Source of the DNA: an uncultured Bacilli bacterium
GTDB taxonomy: Bacteria > Bacillota_I > Bacilli_A > RF39 > UBA660
Direction of reading: 5' to 3'
Length of the DNA stretch: 64,000 bases
NCBI GenBank assembly: GCA_944371325.1
Contig: CALVXO010000005.1
Coordinates: forward strand, 6,441 to 70,440
Both the position numbers and the translations under genes were made by a program. Positions 56,773-64,000 of the stretch are shown in pieces. Positions within the stretch are counted from its first letter, which is position 1. Each line of letters starts with the position of its first letter. Under the pieces are notes generated by a model, which saw only the letters and a program-made list of their open reading frames with translations, made no database searches and was not told where the DNA came from.

Positions 56773-58569
56773 ACTATCTTGTTTTTTTCTTAATTCAGTA
56801 TTTAATATTTTTTTTCTTAATCTATAACTTAATGGTGTAACTTCTACTAATTCATCATTATTTATATAATCTAAGCATACTTCCAAACTTAATAATCTAG
56901 GTCTTTTTAATACTACTGTATGATCACTACCACTAGCTCTTGTATTAGTTAATTTTTTTCCTTTAACAACATTAACTGCTAAATCATTATCATGATTGTT
57001 TTCTCCTACTATCATGCCTTCATAAACTTCAGCACCAGGTTCAATAAACATAACTCCTCGATCTTCTAATTGGCCTAATGCATAAGCTGTTGCTTTACCG
57101 TTTTCCATAGATACTAAAACACCTTGTTTTCTTTGACCAACCTTTGAACTAGCCAATTTACGATATTCTTTAAAAGTATGATTAATTATACCATATCCTT
57201 TAGTCATTGTCATAAACTCAGTCATAAAGCCAATTAATCCTCTTGAAGGAACTACATAACTTAATCTAACTTGATTATCGTGATTACTCATATTTAACAT
57301 TTCACCATCACGATTACCTAATGCCTCTATTACAGATCCTACATATTCTTCTGGTACTTCTACTAAAACATCTTCAAATGGTTCACATTTTTCACCATCT
57401 ATTTCTTTTATAATTACTTGTGGTTTAGATACCTGAAGTTCAAATCCTTCTCTACGCATATTTTCTATTAAAATAGATAAATGTAATTCACCTCGACCAG
57501 AAACAATAAATGATTCACTATCATTTGGTTCTACTTTTAAGGATACATCTCTTTCTGTTTCTTTATATAATCTTTCTTCTATTTTTCTAGCAGTTAATAG
57601 TTTACCTTCTTTTCCACAAAATGGACTAGTATTAACTCCAAAGGTCATTTGTAATGTTGGTTCATCTATTTTAAGTAATGGTAAAGGTTCTTCCATTCCT
57701 TGTGTACAAACAGTTTCACCAACTTCAATATCTGGTAAACCAGCTATAGCAACTATTTCACCAGCTTTAGCTTCAGTTATCTCAATTCTTTTTAATCCTA
57801 AATAACCATACATCTTTTGAATTCTAAATTGTTTAATAGAACCATCTCTTCTTACACAAGATACTAATTCATTTACTTTTACTTTTCCTCTTTTTACTCT
57901 ACCTATACCAATTCTTCCAACGAAATCATTATAATCTAATAAAGCAGGTTGAAATTGAAATCCACCTTCTATATCAACATTAGGAGCAGGTATATAATTG
58001 ATTATTGCTTCTAATATTGGATTCATTGTTTTTTCTTGTGTTTCTAATTCCGGATGAATACTAGATGTACCATTAATAGCAGATGCATAAATAACAGGGA
58101 AATCTAATTGATCTATATCAGCACCTAATTCAATAAATAAATCTAGCACTTCATCTACTACTTCTTTTGGTCTAGCAGTTGGTTTATCTATTTTATTTAC
58201 TACTACTATTGGTGTTACTCCTGCTTCTAAGGCTTTTTTAAGAACAAATCTAGTTTGTGGCATTGTTCCTTCATATGCATCAACTACTAATAAAACACCT
58301 TCTACCATATTCATTATTCTTTCTACTTCTCCACCAAAATCGGCATGTCCTGGAGTATCTAATATATTTATTCTATATCCATCATAATTTATAGCTGTTG
58401 TTTTAGCTAAAATAGTGATACCTCTTTCTTTTTCAATATCATTAGAATCCATTGAATATGTATTTTCATTTTCTCTAAATGTTCCTGACATTTCTAGCAA
58501 CTTATCTACTAATGTAGTTTTTCCATGATCGACATGTGCTATTATTGCTATATTTCTTATTTTCTCCAT
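56758..58569 (-). CDS. typA: translational GTPase TypA/BipA
   Basis: Motifs IRNIAIIAHVDHGKTTLVD, DTPGHADFGGEV and NKID, with EF-G-like domains. The ATG at 58567-58569 follows SD GGGAG. Confidence 0.95.
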   Translation of the reverse strand: MEKIRNIAIIAHVDHGKTTLVDKLLEMSGTFRENENTYSMDSNDIEKERGITILAKTTAINYDGYRINILDTPGHADFGGEVERIMNMVEGVLLVVDAYEGTMPQTRFVLKKALEAGVTPIVVVNKIDKPTARPKEVVDEVLDLFIELGADIDQLDFPVIYASAINGTSSIHPELETQEKTMNPILEAIINYIPAPNVDIEGGFQFQPALLDYNDFVGRIGIGRVKRGKVKVNELVSCVRRDGSIKQFRIQKMYGYLGLKRIEITEAKAGEIVAIAGLPDIEVGETVCTQGMEEPLPLLKIDEPTLQMTFGVNTSPFCGKEGKLLTARKIEERLYKETERDVSLKVEPNDSESFIVSGRGELHLSILIENMRREGFELQVSKPQVIIKEIDGEKCEPFEDVLVEVPEEYVGSVIEALGNRDGEMLNMSNHDNQVRLSYVVPSRGLIGFMTEFMTMTKGYGIINHTFKEYRKLASSKVGQRKQGVLVSMENGKATAYALGQLEDRGVMFIEPGAEVYEGMIVGENNHDNDLAVNVVKGKKLTNTRASGSDHTVVLKRPRLLSLEVCLDYINNDELVEVTPLSYRLRKKILNTELRKKQDSKKTD

Positions 58570-58633
58570 AAAATCAACTCCCAATCAACTGTGTAATTAT
58601 AACATTTTTATTTTATTTTGTAAAGTTACAAAT

Positions 58634-58660
58634 AAAAATATGTTTTGTTAACATATTTTT
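58634..58660 (-). terminator. strong hairpin terminator ending the five-gene operon
   Basis: A perfect 11-bp stem, AAAAATATGTT with AACATATTTTT, has loop TTGTT and is flanked by U-runs. It overlaps the stop at 58659-58661. Confidence 0.65.
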
Positions 58661-59867
58661 AAATTAAACTAGATTTTGAAACTATAATAACTGGAACTAC
58701 TTTACAACTATCAGTTTTTAAACCTTTATAATATTTTGAATTATTATCATCTATTTTTTGATATTGAAAAGCACCATCATTATATTCAGTATCAATCCAA
58801 TAACAACTATTTGAGATTAAGTAATTAAATTTAGAATTATTAAATTTATAATAACCATTATTATTTATTGCAAAATTTAATTCAGTATTCAAACGTTCTT
58901 GATAATTCAAATTACCAATTATCATATCAGATAAATTTTCTCTTACTAAAACTGAATTATTAACATCTTTAGAAATAACTGGCAATATATCATTCATTTC
59001 TAAAGGTTTTGAAGTAACTTTCCAATTTTTAGTTATTTCATTAATAGTATTATTATAATTTTCATATGTGCTTACATTAAAACTATTATTTAAATCTGGT
59101 AATAACTTAACTGTAGTATCTCCTACCTTATTTCTTGAATCAATTACATAAGTTTTTAAACAAAATGCACTTAATTGATCACAAACTTTATTATTAACTA
59201 CATCATATAAAACAACATCACCTAAATTATAATTTGTATCTGATGATTCATTCGTTATTAGCATTTGTTCAGCTTTAATTTCAATTATCACTTCTAATGA
59301 AGGTCTTATTTCATAATCAGGATTATCTTGTTTTTTTTGTTGTTCTTCCATATAAAATTGATATGCTTTATTTCCCCATTCACTATCTAATTTATCATTA
59401 TTAGAATCAAGTGGCCATGATATAGAAACATTAAATTTGCCACTATCACCATGAGACAAAGCATAATCTTTATCTAAATTCATATTAATATGAAATGGAT
59501 AATCATGCGATAATTTATCTGTTAATTCTTCATTAGAAGCACTATTCAAAGTATCATTAAAAAATCTAACTGATTTAATATTATAACTAATTTGAGCATC
59601 TGAATCACCTAAATTAGCTATATCGACATCTTTTATTTCAGTATCCATGCCTGGATGAATATCTGATAAAGAAATAACTATTTCATTTGAAACAACTTGT
59701 TCACCATTTTTGAATTCAATGTTCCAAGCTTTAATATCAACGTCAACAGTAGCGCTTGATAAACCACTATAAGCAAACCAAGCTAAAGTAATAGAAACAA
59801 AAGAAATTGCAACAAAAAATAGCGACATCAAATTTAATTTCAAATATAATTTATGTTTTCTTTCCAC
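58659..59867 (-). CDS. secreted or membrane-anchored protein with SipW-type signal region (TasA/camelysin-like N-terminal part), 402 aa
   Basis: GTG start 8 nt after SD AAGGAG. The N-terminus is KLNLMSLFFVAISFVSITLAWFAYSGLSSATVDVDIKAW. ISLSDIHPGMDTEIKDVDIANLGDSDAQISY parallels TasA VNLSNLKPGDKLTKDFQFENNGSLAIKE. Lies immediately downstream of sipW. Confidence 0.5.
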   Translation of the reverse strand: MERKHKLYLKLNLMSLFFVAISFVSITLAWFAYSGLSSATVDVDIKAWNIEFKNGEQVVSNEIVISLSDIHPGMDTEIKDVDIANLGDSDAQISYNIKSVRFFNDTLNSASNEELTDKLSHDYPFHINMNLDKDYALSHGDSGKFNVSISWPLDSNNDKLDSEWGNKAYQFYMEEQQKKQDNPDYEIRPSLEVIIEIKAEQMLITNESSDTNYNLGDVVLYDVVNNKVCDQLSAFCLKTYVIDSRNKVGDTTVKLLPDLNNSFNVSTYENYNNTINEITKNWKVTSKPLEMNDILPVISKDVNNSVLVRENLSDMIIGNLNYQERLNTELNFAINNNGYYKFNNSKFNYLISNSCYWIDTEYNDGAFQYQKIDDNNSKYYKGLKTDSCKVVPVIIVSKSSLI

Positions 59868-59886
59868 TGTTACAACTCCTTTTCTT

Positions 59887-60441
59887 TTACGCTTTTTTTC
59901 TTCTTTTTTCTTCTTTTTCTAACATTGTTGTAAGTATTTCAGAACCTATTATATATAAAATTGGAACAAATATTAGGAAAAACATTCCAAATTTTGTGGC
60001 AACTATTTTATATATAAATGATAATATTATAGGTTTATAAATAATTTTACCATAAACTTGACTCTCATAAACTATTGGGTCTGGGGTATCATTTGCAATA
60101 CCTTGTGTATGAAAAATATATTTTCCATCTTCATCTTGTTCAATATTAATAACCTCATGAGTTACAACTTTTCCTGCTAAAGTACCTTGCTTTCCTAAAT
60201 ATGAAATAGCATCACCAACTTCAATTTTTGAAGGATCAATTTCTTTAGCAATTAAAACATCACCTATTTTATATTTAGGGTCCATACTTCCAGATACAAC
60301 CGTAAACATTCTAAAACTTAAAAATGATATTTTATTATTACTAAATCTTTGTAAAGCAACTACTAACAAAAATAAAATAATAAAAATTGCAACAAATATA
60401 TTTAAAATTGTTTTAATTATTTTAAAAGTTTTATTATTCAT
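59887..60441 (-). CDS. sipW: signal peptidase I, SipW (ER/archaeal) type
   Basis: VVSGSMDPKYKIGD (catalytic Ser) and VVTHEV (His instead of the Lys found in bacterial-type SPases). Has an N-terminal and a C-terminal TM helix. Confidence 0.85.
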   Translation of the reverse strand: MNNKTFKIIKTILNIFVAIFIILFLLVVALQRFSNNKISFLSFRMFTVVSGSMDPKYKIGDVLIAKEIDPSKIEVGDAISYLGKQGTLAGKVVTHEVINIEQDEDGKYIFHTQGIANDTPDPIVYESQVYGKIIYKPIILSFIYKIVATKFGMFFLIFVPILYIIGSEILTTMLEKEEKRRKKA

Positions 60442-60450
60442 ACTAAACCA

Positions 60451-61575
60451 CTACAAGTACTCTTGTGCCCTTTCTAAGTATTCTTCCATCGCATTTTTAA
60501 ATTTTTTCTTAACATCATCTATACCAACTAATCGTTCACTCTTATCTTTTTTTATCTCTTTAGCAATCATATTTAATAATTCTTCATCAGTTATTTCTAT
60601 ACCAGCACTTAATAATAAATCAACAATTCTTCTAATTTCTTCTTTTAACAATAAAACTGCATTTTTAGCCATTTTTTTCTTTTGTTCTCTTTTAGAAGGT
60701 ACTAAAGAATCTAAAACTAAATAATCTATTAAGAATGAATGATCCAAAAATCCTTTTAATACATCATTACCATTATCAGTATCATTTTCCTTAGTATCTT
60801 CATCATCTTCAAATTTTAATAAATATTCCCACAATTTAACTGCTATTCTAAAATTTGGATTCTTTAAAATGATATTAGTTTTTTTAATTGGTGGTTTTAT
60901 AAATGATACATGCGCTTTATCTAAAGCTTTATACATTTCACTTCTTTGCCAACTAGAGATATATTCTTTAATTCGTTTAATTCTTGCTTTGATTTTTTTT
61001 ATTTCATCTTTTATTTTTTTATCAACTTTAGCAGTTGGTAAAGTTTCTGAAGTAACTTTCAATTCGATATCTACTTTTTCAAAATCAGTTACTGTTTTTG
61101 CTGAATACTCTAATACTTTATCATCACTTAATTCAAAATTATTAAGTAATTCTTCCTTTTCTAAAACAAATTTTAACAAAGAATCTATTAGAGTGTAGAG
61201 AAACCTATTTTCATATATATTATAGGTTTCTTCATTTCTAACATCTAATATTTTTTTTGGTTCAACACTTTTTGTTTTCTTATCAATTTTATTAATATAT
61301 TCAGTATGTTTACTTAAATCTTTAATACTTGCCACGGTAATTTTTTTTGATTTTTCGATTTTAACAGTATTTTCTTCTCTAATAAGTGCGATTTTAGGTT
61401 GTCTTACAATAATATCGATATATGGACAAGCTTCTTCTATTATATCAACCCAATCAAAAGATACTAAATTTCCTTCATAATCAGATTTAAAAAACATTTC
61501 AGAACCTAATTTTTTTAGAAATATATCGGTTTTATCTTTTACTTCTTTTTCAACTTCACATTTAAAATTGTCCAT
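60451..61575 (-). CDS. McrC N-terminal/DUF2357-like partner protein with no recognisable nuclease motif (tentative)
   Basis: Blocks DWVDIIEEACPYIDIIVRQPK, ETYNIYENRFLYTLIDSL and ILKNPNFRIAVKLWEYL resemble DUF2357. The central and C-terminal parts are K/E-rich helices. I find no D...(D/E)xK core. SD AGGGG, 17 nt after the GTPase gene stop. Confidence 0.4.
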   Translation of the reverse strand: MDNFKCEVEKEVKDKTDIFLKKLGSEMFFKSDYEGNLVSFDWVDIIEEACPYIDIIVRQPKIALIREENTVKIEKSKKITVASIKDLSKHTEYINKIDKKTKSVEPKKILDVRNEETYNIYENRFLYTLIDSLLKFVLEKEELLNNFELSDDKVLEYSAKTVTDFEKVDIELKVTSETLPTAKVDKKIKDEIKKIKARIKRIKEYISSWQRSEMYKALDKAHVSFIKPPIKKTNIILKNPNFRIAVKLWEYLLKFEDDEDTKENDTDNGNDVLKGFLDHSFLIDYLVLDSLVPSKREQKKKMAKNAVLLLKEEIRRIVDLLLSAGIEITDEELLNMIAKEIKKDKSERLVGIDDVKKKFKNAMEEYLERAQEYL

Positions 61576-61592
61576 ATAATATCAACCCCTAA

Positions 61593-63119
61593 CTATATGC
61601 TTTTCTTAAGATTTTGTAAATATGCAATACATTCTTTCATTACATCTTTACCAAATTTTTTATTTAAATATGAAATAAATGGATCAATTTCATCTCTTAA
61701 TAAAGCAACACTTAATTGATCAAATTTCCTTAATATTTTTTTAGCAATAAAGTAATCAATTGCTTCTATTTCTTTACCACCACAAGCTACATAAACAGGA
61801 GTAAATACCCCTAATTGTTTCATAATACGATTACCAAAAGCAATTCTAAAATGTTCAATAACGTAATCATCTATTTCTCCAACATAATTTAATCCTTTAT
61901 CAGATAATGGATATTTTTCAACCGCATCAGCAAATAAACTGTCTAAATAACTTGAATTAATTTTTACTACATCTTGTTCACGACATTTAAATGGATCTAC
62001 TTTAGTATTAATATCAATAGGCATTGCTCTATCATATACTTTGTCAGTTACCATAAATGTTGAATCATCATTATTAATAGTACCAATATACCAAATATTA
62101 CCAGGTAATTTAATTTTTCCTTTAATTAATTTTTTAGGATCATCTGGCCAAGCACTAGGTACTAAATCTACTAACCATTCATCACGACTAGGCATTTCAA
62201 GAATTGATAATAAGTCTGCAAAATAATATTCAACACGAGCTAAGTTCATTTCATCTAGAATAATTGTATGAACGTCATCATCAAATGAAGCAGCATATAT
62301 TTCACCTAAAGCTTTAGTTTCATTGAATTTTTTAGTAAATTCATTGAAATATCCTAAGAAATCTGATTTATCTCTCCAAGATGGTTCAACAGAAGATACA
62401 CAAGCATCCATTCCCATAAATTTTCCCCAAGCATATGCTAAGGAAGTTTTACCTGTACCAGAGATACCTTGTAAAATAATTAACTTACCACAAGCTAAAC
62501 CACCAAAGAAAGGTCTTAAAATTGTAAAGTCATAATATAAATGTAATTGACTAGCTGCAAAGCATCTAAAATCATCAATTAATTGAGCTAAAGTTGTATC
62601 ATTTTGATATTTTTTAATTTTATAACCTTCAAATTGTTCATCAATAGCCACCAATTTAGGAAATCTAATTCCTTTAATTGCTTCATCTTCTTCAGGTTTT
62701 TCTTCTTCTTTGTTTTCTTCAGTTTCTTCTTCAGGATTAATGCCTAATTGAGAAACTTTCATAGCCATTAATTCTTCTCTTTCTTTCATTAACTTTCTAA
62801 CTTGATCATTTAAATTGCCAATCTCAGTCAACAATTCATCTTTACTTAAATTATTATTTAATTTTCTTATTATTTTTTTAACTAATAAGAAGATTAATAA
62901 TGCTATTAATAAGACAATTATTATTAAACAAACAACACACATAACAACGAATACTTTTTCATTGCCATTAAAGCTGTCTTTATAACTTTCAATTATTTTA
63001 GCGTAATCACTAAAACTAAACATTTGTTTAATACCATTAATAAATCCTTTAAAGGCGTTAAACAATCCATCAAAAAAGATAGATATAAATTCGTAAAAAA
63101 ATCTCAAAAATGTATTCAT
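61593..63119 (-). CDS. McrB-family (AAA_5) GTPase with N-terminal TM helix, coiled coil and acidic linker
   Basis: Walker A is LQGISGTGKTS. SVEPSWRDKSDFLGYFN...TIILDEMNLARVEYYFADLLSILE is the McrB-type Walker B region. GTINNDDS corresponds to the McrB MNTAD (NxxD) motif. TM helix VFVVMCVVCLIIIVLLIALLIFLLV is followed by KKIIRK. Confidence 0.7.
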   Translation of the reverse strand: MNTFLRFFYEFISIFFDGLFNAFKGFINGIKQMFSFSDYAKIIESYKDSFNGNEKVFVVMCVVCLIIIVLLIALLIFLLVKKIIRKLNNNLSKDELLTEIGNLNDQVRKLMKEREELMAMKVSQLGINPEEETEENKEEEKPEEDEAIKGIRFPKLVAIDEQFEGYKIKKYQNDTTLAQLIDDFRCFAASQLHLYYDFTILRPFFGGLACGKLIILQGISGTGKTSLAYAWGKFMGMDACVSSVEPSWRDKSDFLGYFNEFTKKFNETKALGEIYAASFDDDVHTIILDEMNLARVEYYFADLLSILEMPSRDEWLVDLVPSAWPDDPKKLIKGKIKLPGNIWYIGTINNDDSTFMVTDKVYDRAMPIDINTKVDPFKCREQDVVKINSSYLDSLFADAVEKYPLSDKGLNYVGEIDDYVIEHFRIAFGNRIMKQLGVFTPVYVACGGKEIEAIDYFIAKKILRKFDQLSVALLRDEIDPFISYLNKKFGKDVMKECIAYLQNLKKSI

Positions 63120-63122
63120 AAA

Positions 63123-64000
63123 CTACTCTCCCCAATAACTTCCTATTTTACTTGCTATATCATCATAAGCAATTTTATTGTGTAATTCCTCTTTAATTGA
63201 TGATAAAACATCAATCGATTCAAACATTTTCCCTTTTACTCTTTTATCGATAAATATGTATTCCATTGCTTCAACAATTCCTTGATCTTTTGCTTTAACT
63301 GCTGAAGTTTGTAAATCAACGGCAAATCTATATCCATCTTTAATTAATGATTTTATAACCTTTTTATTCTTTGATAATTCTTCATATTGTGCTAAAACAA
63401 TAATATTATTTTTAGCATATTCATCACCAAACAAATTAAATATTTTATCTAATTTATTAGATTTAGTGTATAAACTTTCTGGTATGTAGAATATATATTT
63501 TTTATTAAAATCAGCATTCAACATATCTTTAACAACTTGTACTAATAATAATGTTAACAAAACTTCAATTTTATCTTCAGCAACAATACCATCATAATAT
63601 GTTTTATCAACAATATAATCACTATATACCTTGCTAAAATTAATATTATGATTTAATTCAACTGCGTAAGTATTTTTAATTGATAAACTATTATATTTTA
63701 ATTCAAATAAACTTGTTTCTAATTTTTCAATTGCTTCTTTAACAACTGATTTATAAGTTCTTTGAATTTTTAGTATTTTACTAATCATAGAATTCATTGT
63801 TTTAGGATCGACTTCAGTTCCAATTAATTTAACCATCTTATTTTTATAAGTTTGTTTTTTTATTTTAGTATCATCTATAACTAAATATGTATGTTCTAAA
63901 TGCATAACCAAAGTAAATATATTAGTGTATTTTTTTACTTTTTCACTATATTTATTATCAGTTCCTTTGTATGCTTTAATCATTTCTTGAGCAGCTTCTT
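63123..64000 (-). CDS. hypothetical protein, first visible gene of the operon (N-terminus may lie beyond the window); weak EAL-like pattern
   Basis: The frame stays open to the window edge. The ATG at 63981-63983 has no clear SD. The stop lies 3 nt before the next ATG. Blocks NIIVLAQYEEL, IKSLIKDGYRFAVDL and MEYIFIDKRV loosely parallel EAL-domain blocks lvlEitE, L...G..ialDDFG and d.iKiD. Confidence 0.45.
   Translation of the reverse strand, partial: EAAQEMIKAYKGTDNKYSEKVKKYTNIFTLVMHLEHTYLVIDDTKIKKQTYKNKMVKLIGTEVDPKTMNSMISKILKIQRTYKSVVKEAIEKLETSLFELKYNSLSIKNTYAVELNHNINFSKVYSDYIVDKTYYDGIVAEDKIEVLLTLLLVQVVKDMLNADFNKKYIFYIPESLYTKSNKLDKIFNLFGDEYAKNNIIVLAQYEELSKNKKVIKSLIKDGYRFAVDLQTSAVKAKDQGIVEAMEYIFIDKRVKGKMFESIDVLSSIKEELHNKIAYDDIASKIGSYWGE

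Noticed and set aside
59807-62535. Plus-strand ORFs 59807-60040, 60869-61198, 62041-62226 and 62323-62535
   Set aside because: All are antisense to the tightly packed minus-strand operon. None has an SD or a recognisable motif.

Overview
This is a very AT-rich chromosomal segment (by eye about three-quarters A+T, not computed) from a low-GC, spore-forming Bacillota-type organism. The standard genetic code applies. About 85% of genes are on the minus strand. Most of the window is housekeeping: glyQS, ffh, rsmD, tig, greA, a paired U32 peptidase operon, spoVG, veg, yabG, tgt, efp, rpmG, a class B PBP, nfo, mraY, murE, the infC-rpmI-rplT operon, spoIIP, a CBS-pyrophosphatase, a rhomboid, rluD, lspA and typA. 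I found no rRNA, tRNA, CRISPR array, transposase or integrase.

Non-routine content, in rough order of interest:
1. A tightly coupled five-gene minus-strand operon (58.6-64.0 kb). It joins a membrane-anchored McrB-family GTPase and a McrC/DUF2357-like partner with no visible nuclease motif to a SipW-type signal peptidase and a TasA-like secreted protein. This is my best candidate for an undescribed system.
2. An unusually short glycine T-box leader in front of an unknown 143-aa ORF plus glyQS.
3. Duplicated Mur ligases (two MurE-like, two MurF-like, one of them membrane-fused). One of them, a second MurE, is translationally coupled to a secreted amidase.
4. Scattered type IV pilus or pseudopilus genes: three short pilin paralogues, a 694-aa pilin-like protein with a decayed paralogue next to it, PilD, and PilC with a 244-aa N-terminal extension. 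No assembly ATPase is present in the window.
5. A break in the veg...spoVG synteny that holds a MerR regulator, a soluble coupling-protein-like NTPase and a truncated dipeptidase pseudogene.
6. Ribosomal protein L20 with a Rho_N/SAP-like C-terminal tail.

All functional calls come from reading motifs by eye. No database search was run.
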